From Antedon mediterranea (Eukaryota > Animalia > Echinodermata): 64,000 nucleotides of DNA. Both the position numbers and the translations under genes were made by a program. The DNA is taken from assembly GCF_964355755.1 (NCBI RefSeq), contig NC_092675.1, positions 31,480,912 through 31,544,911 on the forward strand. Direction: 5' to 3'. The notes under the pieces were generated by a model. The model searched no databases and was not told the origin of the DNA. It saw nothing but the letters and a program-made list of their open reading frames with translations. How positions within the stretch are numbered: the first letter of the stretch is position 1; the number at the start of each line of letters is the position of its first letter. Positions 48,601 through 62,180 of the stretch are shown in pieces.

Positions 48601-51600
48601 GGAGAAGGACTGTTAGTTCTTGTACTGACACTATCAAAACTTGACATTGATGTACTCTCTACAAGTTCTTTTTCACTGAAGATACCTTCTTGCTCTTCTA
48701 CCACAGGCCACTGTTCATTTCTACTATGTCGAATGCTTTCCCATCCCAATTTACTGAGTATGCCAGAACCTTGCTTAGTCTTTGCTAAAAGGCCCAGCAC
48801 ATTGAAACATGTCCTAAAAATAAATGTGTTTTTAAAATAAAGTTTAATAATACGGTAAACATTTGACAACTAGCACATAACTTTGCAATTAGCTGTTTTA
48901 TACACCTGTATGATAGAAACAATGTCACATTTGACACTGTACTGTATATACACCATGATGTTGAAAACTGAAAATAATGTATAACCAGATTGTGATATTT
49001 AATGTTGTTTAACTGTTTTTTAACATAGTGTTTATTGTTTGTCGTATCATATCGTGTATGACACTGTATCACAGGAATTACTTATAATACTGCATAAATT
49101 ATGTTTTATACTGTAGCGTGAGAATTATGTGAAATGAAAAAAAAGTAATTTCCAGTAATTCCTTGGTATAAGGTATCATTTGAAAGATTTGAAAAATGTC
49201 CAGCGAGACAAAGACAATCTTTGTCTATTTTACTTACCCCCTGACTGAAAAAACCTCACACTCTTCAGCAAGGCGGATGATGTCTGGAATGATTTCTTCT
49301 CTTTCAAGTAGTTTTAACCCCCAATTGCTACTTCCAATATGACCCTGGTAAAATACCAATCTCAAATCATTTAATTAAAGACCACTGACAACTGTTTTAT
49401 CATTTTAACTTATTTTTAAAGTTTATTCCTTTTCAAAATAAACAAATTTAGAACGGTCTACAATAAAAATGTTTTAAAACTTACCACGGCCCAGAGGGCA
49501 GCCTTCAAGGTAAGAACTCCATCACACGTCACCATGTCAGGACAGTGAATTGTGCGACAAAATTGACTTAGATAATCCTAAGAAAAAAACACCCCAAATT
49601 AGTGGATATTGATTTAAGATGATGGAATTATAACATGAACAGCACAAAAAGAAAACTGTGATTATGAAATAAAATAAAACAACAGAAAATGAGTAGATAT
49701 GAAATAAAGCACAAACCTCTTCATCTATAAGATCAGCTCCACCTTTGTGTTGAACAAGCTGTCCATATAAATGCGCAGGAACAAACACATCTTTGTTCTT
49801 TCGGTCATCACGACTTCTTCTAACAAATGCTCCTTCATACATTGGTTTAATATAACTTGTAAAAGCTTCATTCATTTGTGTTTCAACAAGAACTACATAA
49901 CGTTTGTTGAAACTGTTGAACCACTTCTGAAGCTCATGGTTAACAAAGTTAACTTCAGATAGGTATCTAAAACCTGTTGTTGTAGATAGGAACCTAGAAA
50001 ACAGTATCTAACAATTAATAATGCATTTACATGGCCAAAATAAGTAGTAGCACTATATGTGTTCTATACAGTTTGTGTTTGTTTTATTGAATAAAAGTGA
50101 TTGAAATAAAAATAACAAGTTTTTCTTTGTATAACAGATATTTATTCTTTTGTTCAGGTTTGCTGCATCTCTGTAACAGTTATATTTTAATTTACATAAG
50201 TTTGTTGAATTCAAGCAATAACAAAATGGATAAATTAAAAGTATAATGAAATACCTTGTTAGTAATATAGCTCCTCTATCTCCCATATGCAATACAGTTG
50301 GTCTTATTTGTACAAGACTATGTAAATTAGCTTCATCCTCACATGCTTCATCAATTATATCCACAGATTCCAAAGCTATTGCTTTGTTTTTATCATACAA
50401 TTGCATGACTAGTAACTCCATACCCCAGTTGTGAAAATATGGTATTCTTGCTCTTAAAAGGACACGTAGGTGGCTTGTTGTGTACAACCTTACAGCCTAA
50501 TTAAATAAATTGATTAATAATCATTAAATGTTTACAGTGTGTTGGTTAGTCCGATGTTCATTTTTGTGCTAATAAAAACTTCTGAAACTTTGTATCTAAA
50601 AAATGGATTAAGTTAATTTCAATATTACTAATACATTAAATATACATCTTATGTAATTTAATAAAATACATACATCTACAGATGAAGAGAGCATTTTTGT
50701 GAGGATCACTCTAGCCAGGCCATCTCTCTTGTAATCCAAACATGTTATAATAAGCCGCAACAAACTGTCATGATGTGACAATGTACACAAATCTAAAAAG
50801 CTAAATTTTGAAGAAATTACCAACTTGGTGAATTAATTGAACATACTCTATTTGTTAATGGATAACAACAATAACATTTGTGTATAAAAAATTATATTAT
50901 ATCAATAAAATTACATTTGAAATATAAATATATTACTAAACAGAACAAATGTGTACATACTATTGGAATGCACCATGTTTTTCAAGGATTTTCTCTCCTT
51001 GCAAACTGCCAGAAAGTGTTCCAAGAAAAAGCATATAATCCTGACTTAACGTTGTGTGTAGACTATGAGGACTAAAAACAGCCTGACCTGATACACTGTT
51101 AGTAGGAGATAAAAGTATCTCCCCAATACAATCCACAATGTCTTCTACTAGTTCTGATAAAATACGCTGGCATTCAGGCTACAGAAAAACACAATTACAT
51201 TACGATTATTACAGAATAAAATTAATACAAATGTTTTTGAACTTCTGTTCAATAATAATGCTGTAAAAATATTTGAAAAATTAATCTATAATATAGCATT
51301 GTTTAGTATTACAGTAAAATCTCCCAATATCAAACTCATTGAAAACCGGAACATTTTTACAAAACCAGATTTTTTGGGTTGACTGATTATTATTATTATT
51401 TAAATCTTATAAATATTACCTCTATAGAGCAAACAAGGAAGTGGACAAATTGAATGCCAACTACAGTATACTGTTGCAGTTCTTGTGACCTCACTTTTAT
51501 TTTGTCTAGAGGTTTACGACAGAATAAATTACTTTGGGGTCTGTAGAAGTAAGCAATATTCCTGAGAAATCTGAAACAGAAATACACGGAATTTAAAACA

Positions 51601-54600
51601 AATTGGTTTCAGCAAACGATCCACCAATGAGGCCAATTTAACAAAGAATTTACAATTAAATTTACAATTACAATATAGATTTTCGTCATCACAAACAAAA
51701 GTATTGGCTGGCCAAATGGCTTGCACAAATTCTGCATTATTAATTGTGTTTCAGACCAAACTGATATAAAAACAGCATGAATCAATGACTTTTAGTTGCT
51801 AAAAAAACTTACTTAACAACATTTGCATCTTCTGACTTTGAAAGAACAAGACTTGACCACTGAAAGAAAGATGATAAAATGAAGTTATCAGCAAGTGCTG
51901 TTGGTGCAAATAATTGTTAAACCGTATAATGTATCTTTATAGTGTTAATATAGATACTGATGATTACCTTAAATATTGTGCTTAATAAATCCCAATTCCA
52001 CTTAATAGCCTCATCTGTCAACACATTGGAATTCTTAATAGCTTCTTCTAAATCCTAAAAAAATATAATGAAAATATGATTACTTCGCCATTGCATTATT
52101 TGTTCACAGGTGTGAAATGCACGTATGAAGTAAGACATATTATAAGACATACTTTATTATCTCCAAAAGAAGAAATTCAAGGAGCTTGCAAAACAAAAAG
52201 ATTCATATAAATTTATAAAAGAACAGAACAAAAAATCAGACCCTTATGAAGTAATAGGAATTGTATACTTAATATAATAAAAAATTCTTTACCTTGTTGA
52301 GGAATTGTTTTAAATCTTCTTTAGCTGCCTTGTCGGACTTTCTTTCATTTGCTAAGTCTCGTTGATGTGACATGATGTTGTCTAAGAACAAACTTCTTGG
52401 AACATTTCCAGTCTTTTTAACTTCATGTAGTGTGTTAAGATGATTTACTGCTGCATTTGCACGACTGTCAAAATATGTATACCTAATATTCAGTATATTT
52501 TTGAACAAACAACTAAAAACAGACTACTGGTCAGACTATGGTTACAATATATTTAAAAAATGAACTAACTTATTGTGCCAATATTGTATGCATTACTTAC
52601 TTTCTTTGGAGTGGTGGTATATTAAAGGCAGCTGCTATTGACATCAATGTTGGAAGGCAATGATAATGATGACTGCACTCTGGGGGTAACAATCTATTTG
52701 CCTAGTAATACAATAAAAAATAACTGATTACATATTTTATACAATTTATTTAGAATATTGTCTTAGAGAATGATATTAGCTTGAGACAAAATTATGTAAG
52801 ACATGAGTTGTATAAGTATTTAAAAAGCTATCCTACGTGGTATGGGATTTTTAATCTTTAAATAATATATCTTAGTATAATATCCATAGTAAAAGTTTTT
52901 GACATTTTGTACATTAATTGAATAAAATAAAGTAATGCTCAAGTAAGTTTAGTAGTTAATGTTAAAAAAAAAGAATGTTACCAGATGAAGCAGTTCCCCA
53001 AGAAGAACAGTTGCCATGGTAGCAAGGTGGTCACTTCCAGATGTGATGACTTCTACTAGGCTCTAAGATACAGAAACAATACAGTATTTAATATAACAAT
53101 ATTATCTATGCAATTAATACAGTACAAACACCTAAATTATCAATGATTCAAAATTCCAATCACCAGACATACCTCAAGTAACCCTGCATTAATAAATGCT
53201 GACAACAACAGTGCATTGTGATTTTCTACTAGATTTGTTCTGGATGAAGCAAGATGTGGTAAAATAACTTTAGCTTCTTCAACTACAAAACCTTCTGATA
53301 ATGACCAGCTACTCTGCCAATGAGATGCATCTGTCAACAAATGTTATAGTTTAAATAATACTGCATTTTTAGAAATATTATCTGAAGCTTAGTAACACAA
53401 AGCTATAAACACTCTACAACTGTTAAAGATTACAGCACATGCCCATAGCATTTTAAATATCTAATGTATATATAAAATTAAAGAACACTATAGTGTTTTG
53501 AGATATGGTGTTAAAATTATATAAAATGATAAAACTTGTTTAGTTTAATTTAGTTAGCATTGGCAACTGGAAATATTCAATATACTGCCAGGAAAATCTT
53601 ATATATATTTTATAGTTTTTATTACCTGATGTGATAATAGCTACGAAAAAATCATCAGTCCAGTCCGGAACATGTAAATGGAATAGGTGGAATATCAGGG
53701 TCATAATATGCTTCTAAAAGTTAAATTGAAAGCAAGAATAATTAAATGTTTGTAAGTCAATGTGGAATCTATTTATGAAAAGCAATCCCAATTTGTGATA
53801 ATAAATAGCTACATAGACACACTGGTGTATGTAAGTTCTGTATCAAACACACTACGTTTTTGCACTGTATAATTTCTTTTCTTTTTCAATTCAATAATTA
53901 GAAATAAAATGAGAAAAATAATGAGCTTAAAGTAGAGTAGTAGTCTCACCCTAGTTTCTTCATTTGGGATACACAGAATGTTTATCAATGAGTGAAGACC
54001 TCCAGATTCTGGCTTACAAAGTCTTATCATACCTGTAAACAAATCAGTCACAAGTATGTAAATGCCAATTCACAGAGATAATATATTTATCATAGAAATC
54101 AGACCCTTGACGGGGAATGACATATAGCTTATACCTTTATTATAACAGTAATTATAGTAGATTTCAGGTTCTATCTTGTGCATAGTTACTTATTACAAAA
54201 CATCAAATAACTGAAGCCACTTTAGATGGTCTACTCGGGGCAGAAGTTGTTTATTTCTGTGTGTAATTTAGAATCTATGTATATGACATATTATTGTTTT
54301 TATCTTACCAGGCCAAGAGCGAAGCATTGAAATAATGGCTAATCTGCTAGATCTGAACATAATCTCTCTCTCCTCACTTAAACAAATAATAGACAAAATT
54401 AACAATATTCATTTTCAAAATAAAATTATAATACTCCACTGAGTCATTTCAGAGATAAAATAAGTGTAACTTCAAAACAACATGCAGTGTTTGTAATCTA
54501 TTTGATCATACTCAAGAATCAAATCAAATCATTTTTATAATTTTAATGGAGCTAAATTTGTAGTATAATTGTTTACCTTTGGTGTTGGTCTGAAGCTTCT

Positions 54601-57600
54601 CCTGTATGCTTGTAATTTAAATCTGTAAAAGGAGCTAAAATTTGCTGGAAGAAAACAATATAATTTATCAACCCAATATATTTTGTACTACTCTGTTTGT
54701 CTCCTACTGTATTTCAATATGATTGAAGTTTATGCTGCAAAACAACTGAATATGATTTGTTACAAACGCATTCATGACAAGAGCATTCCAAATGCGTTTA
54801 ACAACAGGGTAAGTAATGTAAAATAACTTAAGGTATAATATAATAACTATTATGTGACATTAAATGGCATTATTTTTTTCCAAGGGGACAATTTAAAGAT
54901 AAATATTAACCTCAAGATCAAGACTGGAACGTAGATGACACCTGGTGTGTGGATAGTTTAACAGGTGCATAATAGTCATAATAACAGACTCATTAATCCT
55001 ATCAACTTGTGAATCCAAGATGTTTCGTATCAATGTTGCAATTCCACCAGCTTGGGCAAATACATCTGTGTTTTTAATTGCTGATGAGATAAACAAATAT
55101 AAAATTAAATACTGAGATTAAATACCCTCTAGAAAAAAAGACGAGTAAGAGCAAACATGGGTATAGTGAATTTAAAATATACAATTGCACTATTACAAGA
55201 TATTTGAGATGTATGAAAAAGATGTATTTGAAGTATTTAAATAAGAGTAAAACAATAATTTGGTGATTTGAGCCCATGTGTAAATATTTGTATTGTGTAT
55301 TTACAATATACTGCTTTTACAAATTAACTATGAATGTACATTACCCAATTCACACAAAGTTGCCAGACACGCTCTTTGTAGTCTATCTCTCTCACTGTCA
55401 CCATCATTTGCTATAGCAACTAAAACATTTGCCAGTGATTGGGGAAACAGTTGTGGTGCTACGGTAAGAATCTATAAAATTGTAAACATTTTTCAATTTC
55501 AATTCATAAAACAGAGCATAATAAAATCTGTTGCCTTGGTTAACAAGGTGGATTTTATCTGATGTCTTTAATAGTAAACATATTAAAACTAGCAGCTATT
55601 GGGACTTGTTAAGGAAATTAATAATTTCCACAAATTAACATGTCTAGTTTGAAGTCTTGTTGATACAAGATAATTTGACAGTGTTTATATAGGCTAACCA
55701 ATTCCATGTGAATTAATTGTATTTGAGTACAACATTTCACAAGATGTATTTATTATAGCTATGAGGAAGTTCAAAAGTGACTCATTGTTATTAACGTATG
55801 TCTACTTGGATATTAATACAAAAGAAAGCACAATAACCTACAAACAAGATAAAAAACAATATGTATTACAAGAAAAGATCAAAATCCAATTAAATAACAA
55901 TACCTGATTTGTTTATGACATTACAAATTCCTTTTTTTATGATAAGCTTACTGTATATATTATTTATAATAATATCACTTACACGTCTTATGAAACGCAT
56001 AGATTGAATTCTCTCGACATCATTGTCTTGACAAAAATCTAAACATCTACCAACAAGAATATCAATTTGTAAATCTAACATAGTTTGTAATGTTGTAGAA
56101 TTTCTTAAAAGATAACGTAAAGCTCTCAAACATCCTGCTCGCAACTCCTTTGAGTTATCAACAAGAGCTACTCTAAGGCAGTACACAATTTCTGATATTG
56201 TAAAGCCAAGTTTATCATCATCTGATACAGAATCAAGGAGCTGAAAGAAAAAAAGACATTAAAAGTAATCACATTGACATTGAGAACTGATGTTTTTCCA
56301 ATAGTAATCACATTGACAGTAAGAGGAATTGATTGGACTGTTGTTGTGGCACCTACACTCTAGCATTTATCCAATCACAAACATCTGCTTTCAAAGTCTC
56401 TACAACTGATCAAACCCTAACTGGTGGATCTATTTTACTTTCACATACATTCTTACCTTCACAAAGTTGTTTAGATAACTCAATCTTTTCCCATACAATA
56501 CTTCACTACTGTTTGTGACATTTAAAAGAATATCTCTTAAATTTTCAGGTGGCTCTGTGAAAATCAATACAACAATAAATACATAACATTAATAATAATA
56601 GAAAAGTAACACACTGATTATAGTTTTTTTAATGTATAAAACTTACTTGTTAGGGCATTAAGATGGCCATTCAGCTCAATATTGTCAACTGTTTTCCTAT
56701 CAGATTGATTAATCACTTCATTTCTCGACACAACCATTTTAAAATGCTTACATGTTATCTAACTGCAATGCATTTATGATATTTGTAACAGTGTTGTATT
56801 TAAACAAAATACAAACTGTATTAAGGTTGAATTATTGTCTGGTAGACTCCCGTCAGACTGACCCTAATCGTGAATGTTATAGTAGTGTTCTCTCTGGCTA
56901 CACTCCACTTTTACAAACAAAAAGGTTGACAGAAGGTAGAGTCAATAATGCACACAGACAGCAACGTGATTACTATGTAATGAATTTTCCTTAATGCAGC
57001 CTGCCAAGTTGTTCTGGTTTGTGCTAATCTATCCAGCTGCTTTCCAAGGGCTTTCTCTCCTAGTTCCTAGTTTCTTTCTCTCTTTAGTTCTTATATTTAT
57101 AAACCCACTGGATAATACTAATACAATATGACTAAACTAACGAGATATAAATCTTGTCAGAGTAACTCTATTTAATGAACTTTGTACTGGGATGGGACAA
57201 CTATAAATCTATTCTTTCTATACTATACTACATAATAATCATTGTCAATATTTGTCAATCTTAAAATATCCTGAACTCTGAATATCAGTAAGATCATGAA
57301 AATGGAGGGAATTGGTGCATTGACCAGATAATCATTCTTAATCTTAGGTCATAACAGCAAAAGTTATAACACCTATAAATATACAGACGTATCTTTGCAA
57401 TTTGATTGGTTAATTTTCTATTTTTGATTATTTTCTCAAATTGTATTTTCAGGTTTTTTGAAGTGTTTGTGCGACAAGCTAGACTGGATGCGTGGTGTAA
57501 ACCAACCCAGGCTTGATGCGCGGTGGAAAACCAACATATAAAGTGCACTATCTATAACTGTTATGCCTCACAGCCAAATTCTGAGTTCTGTACTTGTTAC

Positions 57601-59367
57601 CTGTACCTGCTTGGCAATTCTATTCAATAGATGAAAATCAATCTAGTCAGTAATTTGAATTCAGTGAATGAAAGAGTTTTACACAACATTTGAAAATGGA
57701 ATGCACTAAATTAAAAAGAAAATTATAATTTCTAATTTAGCTTTTATCCTAAGAGATTGAATGAATTACTTTGTATTCATCTACTAAACGGATTGCTGGG
57801 AATACCTGAACCAAATCATCTGATTTCCTGTTTTTATACAAATAAAGGTGCTTCACTCTTCCTGTTATTAGGCGGCTCCGGTGGGAATCCTGATAGTCAC
57901 TTCATTAGCACACAAATTATATTGGTTAAAGATTTACAAAAAATATGCTTTGTAATTACACACAAAATAGTCACGTAAATAAAAAACTAATAGCTGTGCA
58001 ATTTAATATAGGTGTATAAATAAACTAATACAGAAAATCCTACTACTAACTACTCTATCAATTCCATTGGTTGTGCAATTTAATATAGGTGTATAAATAA
58101 ACTAATCAAATACAGAAAATCCTACTACTAACTACTTCTCTAACAATTCCAATGGTTGTGCAATTTATTGGGTAATACGAAGTAAATAAAGTAATTATTA
58201 AACTTAATGTAAATGTGCACCATTATATGGGCTAAAAAACATGACGCAAAAGTCATGGAAGAAAATCTCTAAAATATCCGTCTTTGGTAAAATGTTGATT
58301 GAAATTTGAGTTTTAAAACTAAACACCAGCAGCGAAAGTAAAGTTTTGTCCCTTTTGTGAAAAACAAACCTTCCTGTAAAATTACTATCAATTTTTGCAC
58401 ATACAATTGTCAATGGTTTAAATAATTTCTTACAGTTTCATTTAATGATTTTTATCATGCAACTCATTCCAAATATCTCTACAAACAAAAATCCCTCTTG
58501 GCAAATGGTGAGTAAAAACGAAGGTTAGTAAAGTTGGCCTAACCCTTGTACTTAACAAAGTCAATGACTGAAATAAGTGGCAGTCCAAATGATCAGAAAC
58601 CGATAAAATTGTGCACTGATTTTGTTGGCAGATATACAAACAATGAAATAGAAGGAAAGAAGATTGCAAAGCTGTTTTTTTTTTTCAAATCAAGAACTAT
58701 TTTGCAAATAGTAGTAGGCAAACTATATAGGCCTAAGTACATTTATATTAGTATTTAAATTGTGTATTTCTGTTCATAAATGAAAGAATAAATAAATCTG
58801 TTAATTTAGGAGTGTGTTGTTGAAGGAAACTGGACAATCAATATATATAGGCCTTAGCCTGGGAATCCCTTAGCCTAAGGCAGCCTACTATTAGGCCTAG
58901 CCTAGGCCTAATTCTAAATAATTAATATCACATATCAAATATAAAACTCACAACAAAAGTATTAAATGTAGGCCGTAGTTCTACAAAAATAAGGAGTATC
59001 GAGCAAGATATAGCTAAGCACCGCCCTTGTATTTAGGTTAATAGGACCAAAGTCAAAAGCCTCATTTAACTGGTCGCAAAACCCACCGCGGCAATCGTCG
59101 TTTAAGCCCTGATGTGGTGGAAAAAGTTCCGTATTTGACAACCTAGCTAGGCCTAGCTAGGAAGGCTTACCTTTGTTAAGATCTAACGGCACGTCTGTGT
59201 CTCCAGTTTCTTGACGACCTGTAGGATAAACATTAAATACGTGATGTAATTTATTATAGGAAAAATATAACCTGGGCAAAAATCTACAAACACATAAACA
59301 CACTAGTAGTAGGCCTATTACCTTTTCCTTTTCGATAAGAACGAATTCGTAACATGGGCGCCGCCAT
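45627..59367 (-). CDS. RICTOR: Rapamycin-insensitive companion of mTOR (about 29 exons)
   Basis: First exons 59322-59367 (MAAPMLRIRSYRKGK), 59171-59218 (VPLDL), 56457-56554 (ENLRDILL..LNNFVK) and 55983-56240 (KELRAGCLRALRYLL). Internal WSLSEGFVVEEAKVILP, LYTTSHLRVLLRA, PAHLYGQL, large exon 47613-48813, and C-terminal FEDICLYSDV..FRLSARRFIQELF. Stop at 45627-45629. Confidence 0.96.
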
Positions 59368-59395
59368 GTTAAAAATGAAGTGTTTGCGCATGCGT
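59357..59395 (-). promoter_or_regulatory. YY1-like and NRF1-like motifs at the RICTOR start
   Basis: The minus strand has AACATGGCGGCG overlapping the ATG. TGCGCATGCG lies at 59385-59394. Confidence 0.6.
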
Positions 59396-59413
59396 ATTTT
59401 CTGTTATGAAATG

Positions 59414-60110
59414 GTTTTTAGTCGCGTGGACGCGACTCTTTCACTATGTCGGTGGTTGGTCTGTCGGTCTGTCGGTCTGTCTGTCGGTCCGGCATCACTA
59501 TGCGTTTTATCACTTTTCTGTACTTTTTTAACTGTTTTGATGTACAGACAATTAGTCACGTGGGTGGACGCGACTCTATAGTTCACTATGTCGGTCGGTC
59601 TGTCGGTCTGTCTGTCGGTCCTGTATCACTATGCGTTTTATCGCTTTTCTGTACTTTTTGAACTGTTTTGATGTAGAGACAATTAGTCGCGTGGGTGGAC
59701 GCGACTCTATAGTTCACTATGTCGGTCGGTCGGTCTGTCGGTCTGTCTGTCGGTCCGGTATCACTATGCGTTTTATCGCTTTTCTGTACTTTTTGAACTG
59801 TTTTGATGTACAGACAATTAGTCGCGTGGGTGGACGCGACTCAATAGTTCACTATGTCGGTCGGTCTGTCGGTCTGTCGGTCTGTCTGTCGGTCCGGTAT
59901 CACTATGCGTTTTATCGCTTTTCTGTACTTTTTTAACTGTTTTGATGTACAGACAAGTTTTAACTATGTCGGTCGGTCTGTCGGTCGGTCTGTCGGGTAT
60001 CTTTACTTTTTGAACTGTTTTGATGTACAGAAAAGTTTTAAAGTACATTACTTTTTTAAAGTTCATTTTTTTCTGAGAGCACGCGACTTATGGCTGTTGG
60101 CCTTGTTGGT
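59414..60110 (+). mobile_element. Helentron-associated non-autonomous element (HINE, DINE-1/pearl-like) with ~133-bp internal tandem repeats
   Basis: T-run, subTIR AGTCGCGTG (59420), adjacent inverted ACGCGACT (59430), (GTCG/GTCT)n microsatellite, ~4.5 tandem units, 3' subTIR CACGCGACT (60080), short GGC..GCC hairpin and T-rich end. Confidence 0.82.
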
Positions 60111-60659
60111 TTTATCCTATTACATTATAGAAAAGTGGTTTATGCCGGTATCAATCAATTCAAGTCAGTTCCAATATTACAACCAATAATATGTACACAT
60201 TTTATTTAAATGAATTTTCTTTGTTTTCTTATAACATTATACAAGCCAAATTAAAAAATAATGATCATTGTACTTTGATATAATAAAATTATATTTCTAA
60301 AGTATTAATTATTTTCATTTGTCCTTCGGGGAGTGAGAACAGAAAATGTAGAACTATAAGTAAAATGGATGGGTGTGAAAGCTAAACATTAGCAAATCTA
60401 AATTTCTCTATTGGAGACAGTTGCTCTATTCTGGACACAAATAATACAGGTCTACTGTCGCTTTTCTGAAACACACTTTTTTGAACAATTCTGAATTTTC
60501 TTATTTCGACAGTTCTCAGCCTGTGGCTCATTTCAAAATGTTGGACATATGAATATATTAGACAATTTCTCTATTTTGGAAACAATCATATCGACAAATA
60601 TACATGTACAAAACGCAGGTAGGCCTAAACGCACGTAGGCCTATACGTTTTATATTATT

Positions 60660-61870
60660 TATTAGTGGATAATGAAGTACATCAAATAAGTAGTTATTGT
60701 AATATAACTTTTGATGAGAATTTTACTACAAAGAAAGTTGGTAGGGTATTACAAAGTTTCTCTAATAATAATAATAATATCCATGTAATACGCTAACTAA
60801 GAAACCTATGGGGCACCACGACGGTATTTCAACTGTGGAATCAACATTTTCATCATCTAAGTCGTTAATGAAGTACAAAAAATAAAGATTTATTGAAAAT
60901 ATAACTTTTAAAGAATTTTACTACAAATGAAGTTGTAGGATAATACAAAATGCCTCTATAATAATAATAATATTTATTAGGATATACACGTTTTTAACAC
61001 CGGAAAACATGCGAGGTTAGTCTATGTAATTACAAAATTTAAACAACAAATTACTGTCAAAACATTAACACAGCATAAATCTTATGAGAGTTATTTTGAA
61101 ATTTTGAAATAGTGTGCTTCCTAGGACATACCAAACCTTAATAGATAGGTCATCAAATAAACCCAAGTGTCTACACAATTCATAATACAATAATACAAAA
61201 ACTGCAATAATATTATTAGTTTGCGCAATTCTTCAATTTCAAAGATTCTGTTGATAGTTTATATATTTTAGACACGACAAGCACCACATACCGCTATGCC
61301 ATCTGGACATTCTCATCACACTCAAATGAGTCTACTTTCAACTTAATATTGGTAAAAATACATTTGCCACACGTGGCCTTTCAAACATATACTTCAGTTA
61401 GACGAAAATCAAAAGCAAACTCACGGTAGTGCTCGTAAGAGATACAACCAATCGACAAATATCTAAGTAAAAAAATACAATACTAAGCAACGCTTATGGG
61501 GCAACAACATTTATATTAAACTGTAAAATATCATTATAATATTCACGCAGGTTTTATTAATTATCATCTCAGTGGATAATGAGGTACAACAATAAAGATT
61601 TATTAAAATATAAATGTTGATGAGAATTAGGTAGTTTCTCTATAACCAACAAATATCCATGTAAAAATACACTAACTAAGCAACCTATGAGGCACCACAC
61701 AACGATAATGTAAACTGCAAAAAAATATCATTATAATATTTTATTATTAGGCCTATTATCAATTATTTCCATCATCTCAGTGGATAATGAAGTACAAAAA
61801 ATAAAGATTTATTGAAATATAACCTTTGATGAGGATTTTAGAAAGTAAGTTGGTAGGATGATTACATTTA
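60660..61870. repeat. Degenerate ~200-bp repeats (two pairs) between RICTOR and SLCO
   Basis: (agtgg)ataatgaagtaca..aaagatttattgaaatataacttttgatgagaatttta..gttggtagg recurs at ~60665, 60866, 61571 and 61779. Confidence 0.7.
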
Positions 61871-62180
61871 TGACACACCAAGTAAATCAATCACCCAACT
61901 AAACTAGGCACGCACCAGTTATATAATAAGTATTTACTACTTAGGCCTATACATGGTATTTGTTATATAAATGAATGCATTGCACTTGTTAACTGGTCAT
62001 GACGACGACGCCGCGTCGAAACAAGCTTCTTCCATCTGTTGTTGCGTTTTTCTAAACTCAGCATATTTTCACTCTACCCTGTGTTCATATTAAACTTTTA
62101 TAACATTGAAATAAACACAAAGTTACACTACATGATGCAGTTTGATTCATTCATGAAATACTGTATGAACAGAAAACAAG

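Noticed and set aside
5727-59367. Functional cluster of SPTLC1 with RICTOR (TORC2 controls sphingolipid synthesis)
   Set aside because: The genes are 30 kb apart with unrelated genes between them, so ancestral linkage is a sufficient explanation.
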